From NCBI GenBank assembly GCA_903919035.1, contig CAIXGY010000003.1, forward strand, positions 1 through 63,237: a DNA stretch of 63,237 nt, in the 5' to 3' direction. This DNA comes from an uncultured Planctomycetaceae bacterium. Lineage in GTDB: Bacteria; Planctomycetota; Planctomycetia; Pirellulales; UBA1268. Made by a program: the position numbers and the translations under genes. The notes beneath the pieces were generated by a model. That model was not told the origin of the DNA, searched no databases, and saw nothing but the letters and a program-made list of their open reading frames with translations. Within the stretch, counting starts at the first letter, position 1, and every line of letters begins with the position of its first letter. Positions 1-11,384 of the stretch are shown here, piece by piece.

Positions 1-121
1 AGCCGGCGTTGCTGGCCGAGCGCAGCACGGAGTGCGAAGCGAGGCCAGCATCGAGTGCGCGACGGGCACGACGCCCGTCGCGCACGTCCGAGCGAGACGG
101 CACGGGCATCCCCCGCGCCGG
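1..121. repeat. Dispersed ~120-nt intergenic repeat, copy A (left end cut by window edge)
   Basis: Hand alignment: nt 1-121 match nt 48993-49113 with about a dozen mismatches. Contains internal hairpin GACGGGC-ACGAC-GCCCGTC (61-79) and the right terminal repeat GACGGCACGGGCAT (96-109). Confidence 0.8.
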
Positions 122-161
122 GGCAGATGCGGTGACGCGCGTGGATCAAGTGGGAGCCGTA

Positions 162-704
162 TCACAGTTGCGTCGGGTTCGGGGCGTCGCCGTAGACGGC
201 CTTCGGGTCGAAGGCCTTCTCGTGTTCGAGGAACTCGAGCGCCGTGCCCGATGACCGGTCCGCGCCCACCGGCACCTTCCGATAGAAGCACGACCGATAG
301 CCGACGTGGCAACTCGCGCCGCCCGGGATCGTGACGCGGAGCCAGACGCAATCCTGATCGTCGTCGATCCGCATCTCCACGACCTTCTGCACGAGGCCGC
401 TCGTGGCCCCCTTGTGCCAGAGCACCTGGCGGCTGCGGCTCCAGTAGTGGGCCTCGCCGGTCTCGATCGTCTTTGTCAGCGCCTCGCGATTCATCACGGC
501 GACCATGAGCACCTCGCCGGAGGTGAAGTCGGTGGTCACACACGGAATCAGGCCCTGGGCATCGAACTTGGGGGCCAACTCGACACCCTCCTCGACTTGC
601 TCGACGCTGTCGCGGCGACCGAAGAGCGGATCGGATGCGGAGGAGACTTTCGACACGTGACGGGCTCCGGTGGCGGTGCCGTGAAAATAGCACACGTCAC
701 GCAT
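162..704 (-). CDS. hisI: Phosphoribosyl-AMP cyclohydrolase
   Basis: GLIPCVTTD...[14 protein letters not shown]...[17 protein letters not shown]...[11 protein letters not shown]...CHVGYRSCF matches the HisI core. Start is uncertain: ATG at 704, or GTG at 656 preceded by GGAG. The ORF track extends to 845. Confidence 0.85.
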   Translation of the reverse strand: MRDVCYFHGTATGARHVSKVSSASDPLFGRRDSVEQVEEGVELAPKFDAQGLIPCVTTDFTSGEVLMVAVMNREALTKTIETGEAHYWSRSRQVLWHKGATSGLVQKVVEMRIDDDQDCVWLRVTIPGGASCHVGYRSCFYRKVPVGADRSSGTALEFLEHEKAFDPKAVYGDAPNPTQL

Positions 705-792
705 GGATGCCGACGCCCCGACCCGCCTGCGTTGACCCTCCCTGCGGACGGCCGTACCTTCGGATGTGATCCCCGCCCCGGAGACCGCAGTC

Positions 793-2073
793 ATGAGCCA
801 GTCGCAGCGAGCGTTTCTGGCCGTCGCCGCCCTCGCGTGCGGCACGGTCCCGCTGTCCCGGGCGGCGGACTGGCCGACGTTTCGAGGGATCGATCGTACG
901 GGTATCGCCCCCGACGACGATCTCCTCGAGGCCTGGCCGGCGGACGGGCCACCGCTGGTCTGGAAGACGTCCGGCGCCGGCCGCGGCTACGCCAGCCCCG
1001 CGGTGGCCGGCGACCGCATCTACACGCTCGGCGACGGTCTTTCGACGGCCCCCGACGACGACGAATACCTCTCCTGCTTCGACCGCGAGACCGGCCGGCC
1101 GCTGTGGCACACGAAGACCGGCGGTCCGTGGACCGACGGCAAGACGGACTGGCAGAGTTCACGGAGCACGCCGACGGTCGCCGGCGGGCTGGTCTACGTG
1201 CTCACGCCGTTCGGTCACCTCGTGGCGTGTGCCACCCGCGACGGTCGGGAGGTGTTTCGTGTCGACCTGAAGACCGTATTCGGGGGCACGAAGGGCGACT
1301 CCTGGGGCTACAGCGAGTCGGTGACGATCGATGGCGACCGCGTGATCTGCACGCCCGGGGGCGACCAGAACACGATCGTCGCGCTCGACGCGCGGACGGG
1401 AAGGCCCGTGTGGCGTTGCCGGGCGCCGGATGAACGCGGCGCCGGACACGCGTCGATCGTGTCCGCGACCCTGCAGGGACGGAAGATCTACGTGCAGACG
1501 ACCGCCAGCGGCGCCCTCGGCGTCGATGCCCGGACGGGCGCACTCCTCTGGACGTATCCGATCGAGCAGACGACCGCCGTGATCCCGACGCCGATCGTCA
1601 GGGACGACCTCGTCTTCATCGTGGCCGGCTACAAGCGCGGCGGGGCGCTCCTGCGGCAGAAGCCCGGGCCCGGTGGAACCGTGACCATCGAGGAGGTCTG
1701 GGCACTCAAGCCGGAACTTGCCAACAAGCATGGCGGCGTCGTGCTCGTCGGCGATCATCTCTACGGCTGCGCCGACGACCAACCGATCCTGTTCTGCGCC
1801 GAGTTGCTCACGGGCGACGTGGTCTGGAAGCGCCGCGGCAGCGGCAAGAACTCGGTCGCTCTTGCCGCCGCCGACGGCCATCTTTACGCCCGCTTCGCCG
1901 ACGGCACGCTCGCGCTCGTGCCGGCCGATCCCGCGGGCTACCGCGAGGCAGCGGCGTTCAGGATCCCGGGGAGCGGCGACCGGCCGAGCTGGTCGCACCC
2001 CGTGATCGCCGATGGACGGCTCTATCTCCGCGAAGGAGACGACATCCTCTGCTACGACGTTCGCATGCGTTGA
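793..2073 (+). CDS. Secreted PQQ-like (BamB-type) beta-propeller repeat protein
   Basis: Signal peptide [24 protein letters not shown], then ADWPTFRG and repeated G..YASPAV.GDR(I/L)Y propeller blades. Confidence 0.75.
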   Translation: MSQSQRAFLAVAALACGTVPLSRAADWPTFRGIDRTGIAPDDDLLEAWPADGPPLVWKTSGAGRGYASPAVAGDRIYTLGDGLSTAPDDDEYLSCFDRETGRPLWHTKTGGPWTDGKTDWQSSRSTPTVAGGLVYVLTPFGHLVACATRDGREVFRVDLKTVFGGTKGDSWGYSESVTIDGDRVICTPGGDQNTIVALDARTGRPVWRCRAPDERGAGHASIVSATLQGRKIYVQTTASGALGVDARTGALLWTYPIEQTTAVIPTPIVRDDLVFIVAGYKRGGALLRQKPGPGGTVTIEEVWALKPELANKHGGVVLVGDHLYGCADDQPILFCAELLTGDVVWKRRGSGKNSVALAAADGHLYARFADGTLALVPADPAGYREAAAFRIPGSGDRPSWSHPVIADGRLYLREGDDILCYDVRMR

Positions 2074-2077
2074 GCGA

Positions 2078-2785
2078 TCAGTCGCAACACTCGGACACGG
2101 TCTTGTAGGCCAGGCTGCCGACGATGCCGCCGACGATCGGCGCCACCCAGAACAGCCACAGCTCCTTGAGGGGCCAGCCTTCACCGAACACCGCCGCGAG
2201 CAGGGCCGTGGCCGTGCTGCGGGCCGGGTTCACCGAGCAGTTGGTGGCCGGGATGCCGATCAGGTGCACGAGCGTGAGGCACAGCCCGATCGCGAGCGGC
2301 GCGATCACGCCGCCGGCTCGCTTGTCGGTGGCCCCGTGGATGACGAACAGGAATACAGCGGTCAGCACCGCCTCGACGATGAAGCAGCTGGCGAAGGGCA
2401 GGCCCGTCGGCGAGTGGTCACCGACGCCGTTCGAGGCGCCGGCGTAGGCGGCGGCCGCATCGAACCCGATGTTCCCCTTGGCCGCGACGTAGAAGAGTCC
2501 GGCCGCGGCCAGTCCGCCGAGCACCTGCGCCACGATATAGCCGAGCGCATCCTTGGCCGGAAATCGCCCGCTGGCGACGAGGCCCGCCGTCACGGCGGGG
2601 TTCAGGTGACAGCCGGAAATGTGGCCGATCGCCGTGGCCATGCTCACGACCGACAGACCCACGGCGAGCGACACGCCGAGCCAGCCCACGCCGACGTCCG
2701 GCTGGCCGGCCGACCAGAGGGCGCTGCCAAGCACGGCCAGCACGAGCCAGAAGGTTCCGATCGCCTCCGCCAGAAGTTTGCCCAT
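2078..2785 (-). CDS. aqpZ: Aquaporin Z
   Basis: [16 protein letters not shown]-terminus and two NPA boxes (HLNPAVT, SVNPARS). GAGGAG lies upstream of the ATG at 2785. Confidence 0.9.
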   Translation of the reverse strand: MGKLLAEAIGTFWLVLAVLGSALWSAGQPDVGVGWLGVSLAVGLSVVSMATAIGHISGCHLNPAVTAGLVASGRFPAKDALGYIVAQVLGGLAAAGLFYVAAKGNIGFDAAAAYAGASNGVGDHSPTGLPFASCFIVEAVLTAVFLFVIHGATDKRAGGVIAPLAIGLCLTLVHLIGIPATNCSVNPARSTATALLAAVFGEGWPLKELWLFWVAPIVGGIVGSLAYKTVSECCD

Positions 2786-2891
2786 GGTTCGAATCTCCTC
2801 GTGAGGAATGAATGGGGCGTGGCCCGCCGGGGCCGCGGCGCGTCGCCGATCCCGCCCGGACGCAGACGGTACGCCGCCACGGCTGCCCGGG

Positions 2892-3314
2892 TCAATCACA
2901 GATCCCGACGAGAGCCAGCACCCGCGGCCCGAAAATCACGAGCCCCACGAGGATCGCGGTGCCTACGGCCACGAGCACTCCCGCACTCGCCGCATCGAGC
3001 GCGTCGCGAACCCCGGGATCCGGATAGGTACCGACGGCACGGGCGAGATCCTCGAGTGCCGTGTTGAAGACCTCGGCTGCCAGCACTCCCCCGATCGCGA
3101 CCACGACCAGGCACCATTCGCCGGCCGATAGTCCGAACCAGGCACCGGCCGCCACCGCGAGGGCCGCCACCGGCAGGTGTGCGGCAAAACTCGACTGGGT
3201 CGAGACTGCGTGAAACAGCCCGCGGAACGAGTCGGCAAATTTTCCGATCCAGGTGCGGGGGGGAGGGGGCATGATCGCCTCGCCGTGGCGACGTTTCATA
3301 TTCGCCGTATCCAC
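2892..3314 (-). CDS. dgkA: Diacylglycerol kinase family protein
   Basis: Small three-TM protein with [10 protein letters not shown], resembling the DgkA E-x-x-N-S/T-A-I-E motif. Alternative ATG starts at 3299 and 3272. Confidence 0.7.
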   Translation of the reverse strand: MDTANMKRRHGEAIMPPPPRTWIGKFADSFRGLFHAVSTQSSFAAHLPVAALAVAAGAWFGLSAGEWCLVVVAIGGVLAAEVFNTALEDLARAVGTYPDPGVRDALDAASAGVLVAVGTAILVGLVIFGPRVLALVGICD

Positions 3315-3392
3315 GGCGCGACCAGGATTCTACGGATGCGGCCCGCGGCCGATCAACGCGAACCACGTCACCGTGAGGCATACTCTCAGTTC

Positions 3393-4376
3393 ATGCCCGA
3401 GCCCGACCCCCTCACGCCCCACGTCCATCACGAACCGCTGGCGGGCCGCAGCGTGTTCATCGCCCCGGGCCGCGCGGAGCGGCCCGACGACGCGGCACTC
3501 GGCGCCACGGGCGACGATCCGCGTGCCTGGTGTCCGTTCTGCGCAGGCAACGAGTCACGAACCCCTCCGGCGAGTTGCCGGGCACCCGCCGACGAGTCGG
3601 TGCCCTGGCGGGCGCGGATCGTGCCCAACCACTATCCGGTCGCGGCGGACGTCATCCCGCACCGTGCCGTCTCCGCGGCCCGCCGAGTGGCCCACGGCAT
3701 TCACGACGTCGTCGTCGAATCGGCGGCCCACGAGCGGTCGGTGCTGGCCATCGCCGAGGATCACTGGCGCGATGTCTGGGTTCTCGTGCGGAGGCGATTG
3801 GCGGATCTCGCCGCGCGGGGCGATCTCACCTGGGCTGGCGTGTTCAAGAACTCGGGGCCGCGGGCGGGAGCATCGCTCGAACACGTCCACAGCCAGCTCG
3901 TCGGACTCGACCTCGTGCCGACCGCGTTGGCGACCGAGGTGGCGGCGGCCGCGGCGGCAGTCGATCCATTCGGCGATCTCATCGCCGCCGCGCGGCGCGA
4001 GGGGCGGATCGTCCGCGAGGCTGGCGACCTGGTGGTGCTCGTGCCACACGCCCCGCGGCAGCCGCTCGAGACCTGGATCATGCCCGTGACGCCCGAGGCG
4101 TTTTTCCACGCCACGAGTCCCGGCCGGGCCGCGGCCCTCGCCGACCTCACCCGCTGGTTCGTCGCCCGGCTCGTGCGGCTCGCCCCGGCCGCCGACTACA
4201 ACTGGTGGCTGCACCAACTGCCGTTCGCGGGCCACGACGACATCGCCGCGCGCTGGCATTGGCATCTGGAGATCCTGCCGCGGATCACGCCGCTGGCCGG
4301 CTTCGAACTGGCCACCGGATGTCACATTTCAGTGATGACGCCTCTCGAATCGGCCCGCCGGCTCCGCGACGACTGA
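3393..4376 (+). CDS. Galactose-1-phosphate uridylyltransferase-family (HIT-like) nucleotidyltransferase
   Basis: CPFCAGNE zinc-knuckle motif, RIVPNHYPV, and LEHVHSQLVG (His-x-His-x-Gln). Start taken at the ATG at 3393. Confidence 0.7.
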   Translation: MPEPDPLTPHVHHEPLAGRSVFIAPGRAERPDDAALGATGDDPRAWCPFCAGNESRTPPASCRAPADESVPWRARIVPNHYPVAADVIPHRAVSAARRVAHGIHDVVVESAAHERSVLAIAEDHWRDVWVLVRRRLADLAARGDLTWAGVFKNSGPRAGASLEHVHSQLVGLDLVPTALATEVAAAAAAVDPFGDLIAAARREGRIVREAGDLVVLVPHAPRQPLETWIMPVTPEAFFHATSPGRAAALADLTRWFVARLVRLAPAADYNWWLHQLPFAGHDDIAARWHWHLEILPRITPLAGFELATGCHISVMTPLESARRLRDD

Positions 4377-4399
4377 CGCCAACCGCAGCCCGGATCCGA

Positions 4400-5092
4400 T
4401 CAGCCTCCGGCCAGGGCCCGCCAGTCGGGATGCGGCTCGACCCGCCGCGCTCCGTGCAACAACACGCCCACCTGGAGATCCGACAGGCGTTCCCGCAGCA
4501 TCGAAATGCCCGCGCGGAGGATCGCCCCGTCACTCGCCGGGTCGACGGCATCGCCCCGTGGCGGCGCGGTCTGCGACACGACGACGGCGGCTACGCGCAG
4601 GCCTTCGGCCCGGGCGGCCCGCACGGCCATGAGCGTGCGGCCGACCAGACCGAGCCGGGCGGCATCGACGAGCACGATGGGCAGGTCGAAGTCGCGTGCC
4701 AGCTCCACGCCGAGCGTCCGTGGGGCGAGCGGCGAGAAGAGCCCGCCCGCCCCCTCCACGACGACGAACTCGCTGGCCCGCCGCCACGGCTCGATGCCGG
4801 TGCGGAGCAGGCTTTCGTCCACCACGCAGCCTTCCGCACGCGCCGCATCGGCGGGCGCGATCGCCGCGGCGAACGCCTGGGGACACACCGCATCCTGAGA
4901 CAAGGGACGGCCCGCCGCCTCCCAGAGTCGATCAGCGTCGCCGCCGGTGCCGCCGACGCCGCTCGCGACGGGCTTATAGACGCCCACCCGCGCGCCACCT
5001 GCCACGAGATCCCGCACGATCGCCACCGCGACGGCGGTCTTCCCCACGTCGGTGTCGGTACCGACCACGAAGAGGCCTGCCGAGCGGGTCAT
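4400..5092 (-). CDS. bioD: Dethiobiotin synthase
   Basis: N-terminal LFVVGTDTDVGKT P-loop and YKPVASG motif. Confidence 0.85.
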   Translation of the reverse strand: MTRSAGLFVVGTDTDVGKTAVAVAIVRDLVAGGARVGVYKPVASGVGGTGGDADRLWEAAGRPLSQDAVCPQAFAAAIAPADAARAEGCVVDESLLRTGIEPWRRASEFVVVEGAGGLFSPLAPRTLGVELARDFDLPIVLVDAARLGLVGRTLMAVRAARAEGLRVAAVVVSQTAPPRGDAVDPASDGAILRAGISMLRERLSDLQVGVLLHGARRVEPHPDWRALAGG

Positions 5093-5153
5093 GGTGCCGA
5101 AATTCTGCGAACCCTTTGCCCTGAACGCCCCGCGGTTCTACACTGGGGATGTC

Positions 5154-5172
5154 ATTGAGAACGAATCTCAAT
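5154..5172. promoter_or_regulatory. Fur-family-like operator candidate in the bioD/feoA divergent spacer
   Basis: Perfect inverted repeat ATTGAGA-ACGAA-TCTCAAT, A/T-rich in a GC-rich context, 24 nt upstream of the feoA ATG. Confidence 0.4.
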
Positions 5173-5195
5173 ATGTGCCTGGAGGCCGTTTTCGC

Positions 5196-5453
5196 ATGGT
5201 CGATCGCGTGAATGGTGCGGCAGCGGCCTCGCGTCTCGATGGGTTGGCCGTCGGCGCTACCGGCCGGATCGCCGACGTGATGGGCTCCGACGGCACGTCG
5301 TTGCGACTGCTCGAGATGGGCCTCACTCCCGGGGCCACGGTAAGGCTCGTGGGCCGGGCGCCGCTGGGAGATCCCTGGGAACTGGAGGTTCGGGGCTATC
5401 GGCTCTCGATCCGGCGCGCCGAAGCGGCCCGCGTGACGCTCGAGTCACGCTAG
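5196..5453 (+). CDS. feoA: Ferrous iron transport protein A
   Basis: Small SH3-like FeoA pattern: G..G.I..V.G......RLLEMGLTPGATV.LV..APLGDP.E..VRGY.LSIRR.EA. Sits directly upstream of feoB. Confidence 0.85.
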   Translation: MVDRVNGAAAASRLDGLAVGATGRIADVMGSDGTSLRLLEMGLTPGATVRLVGRAPLGDPWELEVRGYRLSIRRAEAARVTLESR

Positions 5454-5482
5454 CCCTGTCGCCCGGAGGGCCGAGGTACCGC

Positions 5483-7465
5483 GTGTCGCCGATGCAAGAC
5501 TCTCGCACCGGAGCGACACACGTCACGGCGGTCTTGCTCGGTAATCCCAACACCGGCAAGAGCACCCTGTTCTCCGCCCTCGCCGGCATTCCGACGCGGA
5601 TCGGCAACTATCCCGGCGTGACCGTCGAGGAGAAGGTGGGCCGTTTCGTTCATGCCGGCATCACGATCGACCTCGTCGATCTGCCCGGCGTCTACGGCTT
5701 CGCGGCCCACAGCCCCGACGAGGCCGTGGCCATCGATGTCCTGCACGGCCGCATGCCGGGCGTCGCCACCCCCGACTGTGTGGTCGTCGTCGTCGACGCG
5801 ACGAACCCCGAACGCAACTGCTATCTGGCGAGCCTGGCGCTGGAGTTGGGATTGCCGGCGGTCGTGGCCCTCACGCTCTCCGACGTGGCGGCCGCCAAGG
5901 GCATCGACGTCGATCCCAGCCTGCTGGCGGAACGACTCGGCTGCCCGGTGGTGACCGTCGTCGCGCCGACGGGTGTCGGGATTCCAGCGCTCCGCGACGC
6001 GATCGCGGCGGCCGCACGTGCGGCCCCGCCAGCCCGGCCCGACCTCGCCGCGCACCTGGCCCGGGTCGCCGTGGATCGTCAGCCAGCCGAACGCGAGGCG
6101 ATCGCCCGCTACGCGTGGGTCGACCAGGTCCTCGCCGGCGTCATCCGTCGCCGCCCGCCCGCGGCCGTCACCATCGACGAGCGGATCGACGCCGTGCTCA
6201 CGCACCGCGTCTGGGGCACGCTGGTCTTCGCGGCCGTCATGCTGGCGCTGTTCACGTCGATCTTCGCGCTGGCGGCGCCGCTCATGGATCTCATCTCCGC
6301 CGCCATGGATACCGTCGCCGGGGCGGTCGAGGCCGTGCTGCCGGAGGGCGCCATCCGCTCGCTCCTGGTCGATGGCGTGCTCGCCGGTGTCGGCGGCGTG
6401 ATCGTGTTCGTGCCCCAGATCGCACTGTTGTTTCTGTTCGTCGCGGTGCTTGAAGGCTGTGGCTACCTCGCCCGAGCCGCCTACCTCATGGATCGGCTGC
6501 TCGTCTGGGCCGGCCTGTCCGGCAAGTCGTTCATCCCGCTGCTCTCCAGCTTCGCCTGCGCGATTCCAGGCATCATGGCCGCCCGGACGATCGAACACCG
6601 TCGCGACCGGCTGCTCACGATCCTCGTCGCTCCCCTCATGAGTTGCTCGGCGCGGTTGCCGGTCTACCTGCTCTTTTGCGGTGCGTTCGTGCCCGACCGC
6701 GCCGTGGGCCTGTCCTGGATTCGCCTGCCGGCCGTCGTGCTGGTCTCGATGTACGGGATCGGCGTGGCGACCGCCGCCGCCGTGGCCTGGGCACTCTCAC
6801 GGACGATCTTCCGCGGGCCACCTCAGCCCTTCGTCATGGAGTTGCCGGGGTGGCGCTGGCCGCAGCCCGCCGTCGTCCTGGAACGGGTCCGCGAGGCGGC
6901 GGGGTCGTTTCTCAAGAACGCGGGCACCCTGATCGTGGCGATGAGCATCGTGCTCTGGGCACTCGGCAGTTATCCCAAGCCCGTGATCCCGCCCGACGCT
7001 GCATGGACCGAGGCCGATCTCCGTGGCGAGGCCCTGCGTCAGAGTTTCCTGGGCCGGGCCGGCCGGGCGATCGAGCCCGCCGTCAGGCCGCTCGGCTGGG
7101 ATTGGCGGATCGGCTGTGCCGCGATCGCCAGTTTCCCCGCCCGAGAGGTCGTCCTCGGCACGCTGGGGGTGATCTACAACCTCGGGGACGTGGATGCCGG
7201 CGAGCAGGAGGGGTCGACGATGCTCGTGCGGCGCCTCAAGGCGGCCACCTGGGACGGCACCGCCCGCAAGGTGTTCACCCTGCCCGTGGCGCTGTCGATC
7301 ATGGTGTTCTACGCGCTGTGCGCCCAGTGCATGAGCACGTTGGTGGTCATCGGCCGCGAAACCGGCAGCCGGCTCTGGCCGCTGGTCACGTTCTCCTACA
7401 TGACCGCCCTGGCCTGGCTGGCGGCCTTCGTCGTCTACCAGGTCGGGACGCGGTTGGGGTGGTAG
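5483..7465 (+). CDS. feoB: Ferrous iron transport protein B
   Basis: N-terminal G domain (VLLGNPNTGKSTLFSAL, DLPGVYG) followed by a polytopic membrane domain. GTG at 5483 or ATG at 5492. Confidence 0.9.
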   Translation: MSPMQDSRTGATHVTAVLLGNPNTGKSTLFSALAGIPTRIGNYPGVTVEEKVGRFVHAGITIDLVDLPGVYGFAAHSPDEAVAIDVLHGRMPGVATPDCVVVVVDATNPERNCYLASLALELGLPAVVALTLSDVAAAKGIDVDPSLLAERLGCPVVTVVAPTGVGIPALRDAIAAAARAAPPARPDLAAHLARVAVDRQPAEREAIARYAWVDQVLAGVIRRRPPAAVTIDERIDAVLTHRVWGTLVFAAVMLALFTSIFALAAPLMDLISAAMDTVAGAVEAVLPEGAIRSLLVDGVLAGVGGVIVFVPQIALLFLFVAVLEGCGYLARAAYLMDRLLVWAGLSGKSFIPLLSSFACAIPGIMAARTIEHRRDRLLTILVAPLMSCSARLPVYLLFCGAFVPDRAVGLSWIRLPAVVLVSMYGIGVATAAAVAWALSRTIFRGPPQPFVMELPGWRWPQPAVVLERVREAAGSFLKNAGTLIVAMSIVLWALGSYPKPVIPPDAAWTEADLRGEALRQSFLGRAGRAIEPAVRPLGWDWRIGCAAIASFPAREVVLGTLGVIYNLGDVDAGEQEGSTMLVRRLKAATWDGTARKVFTLPVALSIMVFYALCAQCMSTLVVIGRETGSRLWPLVTFSYMTALAWLAAFVVYQVGTRLGW

Positions 7466-7509
7466 GGTCCCGGCACCAGCGAGACTTGGCAACGCGCAGA
7501 GGACTCCCC

Positions 7510-7683
7510 ATGCAAGACGTGATCGCGATCGCCGTCGCCGTGGCCGCGGGGGCGTGGCTCGTACGGACGCTGTGGGGTCAGTTGGCCGCGCCGCCGTGCG
7601 GCAAGGCGGACACCCCCCCCGGCACCGACGGCTTCGTGCCACTCCATGATCTCACCGGCGCGAAAAAATCGGGGCGGCCGTGA
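7510..7683 (+). CDS. Putative FeoB-associated small membrane protein
   Basis: 57-aa ORF 44 nt after feoB: MQDVIAIAVAVAAGAWLVRTLW (one TM helix) followed by a PPCGK segment. Its last codons lie inside the groESL terminator hairpin, so the C-terminus may be incidental. Confidence 0.45.
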   Translation: MQDVIAIAVAVAAGAWLVRTLWGQLAAPPCGKADTPPGTDGFVPLHDLTGAKKSGRP

Positions 7684-7694
7684 GGCCGCCCCGA
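7663..7694 (-). terminator. Rho-independent terminator downstream of groEL
   Basis: 11-bp GC stem TCGGGGCGGCC / GGCCGCCCCGA with a 4-nt loop. On the minus strand it is followed by TTTTTT (A-run 7663-7668 on plus). Confidence 0.7.
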
Positions 7695-7737
7695 TCGATC
7701 GGTTCGCCGATTGGCGCACTCCGCGGTGCGGCCCGCA

Positions 7738-9773
<2,036 letters not shown>

Positions 9774-10108
9774 AGGGATCGACCTCTGCTGCGGGGGTGG
9801 ACGGGACGAACGACACGCGTCCGGCGGGAAACCGTGATACGGCACCCTGCCACGACGGCCCCCTTCCCGTGGGCAAGTCGCGCGCCACAGTCGCAGAGAA
9901 ACGATTTCGTCGCGGCAAATGCGCTATTTCGTCGTTTCCGACGGTTGAAGGCAGGGCGAACGTGGCATCCGCCGCTGCCAGTTTGGCAGCGGCCGGAGCG
10001 TGGTGTGCCCGTTCCCGTGGTGCCCGACGGATCGGAGCAACCGGCCGGATGGCGGACCCCTCTGCCTCCGGCTAGGCTGCACGGATCGCGGCAGATTTCC
10101 CGCTGGAG

Positions 10109-10471
10109 ATGCATCCCATGGCGACACATCGACGGATCGACGTCTCGAAGGTCGGAGACGTTTCGGTCGTGAGGTTTGTCGACAAGAAGATCCTCGACGA
10201 GGCCGGGATCCAGGAACTCGGGGCCGAACTCTTCGCGCTCGTCGAACACGACAATCGCAAGAGCATCGTCCTGAATTTCTCCAACGTCGAGTTTCTCTCG
10301 AGCGCCGCGCTGGGAAAGCTCATCACGCTCGACCGCAAGGTGAAGTCCGCCAAGGGGCGACTCAAGATGAGCAACATCCGTCCGGAAATCATGGACGTGT
10401 TTCAGGTCACGAAGCTCAACAAGGTGTTCGACATCCGCAGCGAGGAGGCTGAGGCGATTTCCGCCTTCTGA
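10109..10471 (+). CDS. STAS-domain anti-sigma-factor antagonist
   Basis: SpoIIAA/RsbV-like layout: VVRF...ILD......L...L......IVLNFSNVEFLSSAALGKLI.L.RKV...GRLKM..I.P.I..VF. Confidence 0.8.
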   Translation: MHPMATHRRIDVSKVGDVSVVRFVDKKILDEAGIQELGAELFALVEHDNRKSIVLNFSNVEFLSSAALGKLITLDRKVKSAKGRLKMSNIRPEIMDVFQVTKLNKVFDIRSEEAEAISAF

Positions 10472-10545
10472 ACGACCCGCGGTGGACCCTGGCCGCGACT
10501 GCTTCTTTCCGTGCCTCTCGCCCCGTGCCCATGGCTGCCTGACGG

Positions 10546-10989
10546 ATGTCCGCGATGAGTGATTCCGCATCGACCGGCAGTTGGCATCGCGAGTTCGAAC
10601 TGCCGAGCGAGCGTGGGGCAAGCCGAGTCGTGATGGACGATCTGCTCGCCCAACTCGGCCTGCATGGTTGGCCGGAGGCGGAGATCTTCGGGGTTCACCT
10701 GGCGGCCGAGGAGGCAATCACCAACGCCATCGTCCACGGCAACAAACTCGACCCCGCCAAGCGGGTGCACGTGGCGTGCGCGGTGTCGCCAGAGCGGGTC
10801 TGGATCGAGATCCACGACCAGGGAGACGGATTCGATCCGGCGGCCGTCCCCGACTGCACCGCCGACGATCGCCTCGAGGTGCCGAGCGGCCGCGGCGTGA
10901 TGCTCATGAAGTCGTTCATGACGCGGATCGAATACAACGCCAAAGGCAATGGCGTGGTGCTCGAGAAGGTTCTCACCGCGGAGCACTGA
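10546..10989 (+). CDS. Anti-sigma regulatory factor (RsbW/SpoIIAB-type Ser/Thr kinase, HATPase fold)
   Basis: EEAITNAIVHGN (N-box), IHDQGDGFDP (G1) and GRGVMLMK (G2). Follows the STAS gene. Confidence 0.8.
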   Translation: MSAMSDSASTGSWHREFELPSERGASRVVMDDLLAQLGLHGWPEAEIFGVHLAAEEAITNAIVHGNKLDPAKRVHVACAVSPERVWIEIHDQGDGFDPAAVPDCTADDRLEVPSGRGVMLMKSFMTRIEYNAKGNGVVLEKVLTAEH

Positions 10990-11088
10990 GCGGACACCGG
11001 GAGGCGATCCGAGCGCCGACAGCATGACCCGGCCCTCTCGGCCGCGTATCGATTTCGGCCCCGAAATACGCTACGCTCGTCTGGTCGA

Positions 11089-11160
11089 TCCCCGATAGCT
11101 CAATGGTAGAGCGGCCGGCTGTTAACCGGTAGGTTGTAGGTTCGAGTCCTACTCGGGGAG
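11089..11160 (+). tRNA. tRNA-Asn (anticodon GTT)
   Basis: Folded by hand. Acceptor TCCCCGA/TCGGGGA, D arm GCTC-AATGGTA-GAGC, anticodon arm GCCGG-CTGTTAA-CCGGT, T arm GTAGG-TTCGAGT-CCTAC, discriminator G. No encoded CCA. Confidence 0.9.
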
Positions 11161-11162
11161 CT
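11149..11162 (+). repeat. attL-like direct repeat (3' end of tRNA-Asn)
   Basis: CTACTCGGGGAGCT, identical to 13655-13668. Confidence 0.7.
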
Positions 11163-11384
11163 AAGCCACCCATGTCTTGAGTGGCAGTCAGAGGCAGGAG
11201 GTGGCAAAACCTTCTGCCTCTCGGCGTTTCTGGAGGTTGTGAGGTTGGGTCGTTTCTCGACCTGCCGTTCCCTGCACCTCCCTGCCAGCATTCAGTACGT
11301 CACCTTTTACGCCACCCTCCAAAAGCGAACCCTTACGGCGACGACAGTGCAGAAGGATTCGAACCCTCACGGGCAACTTGGACG

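Noticed and set aside
11100-11291. Small ORFs overlapping the tRNA-Asn gene on the minus strand (11100-11291 and 10973-11173).
   Set aside because: They overlap a well-folding tRNA and have no start context.
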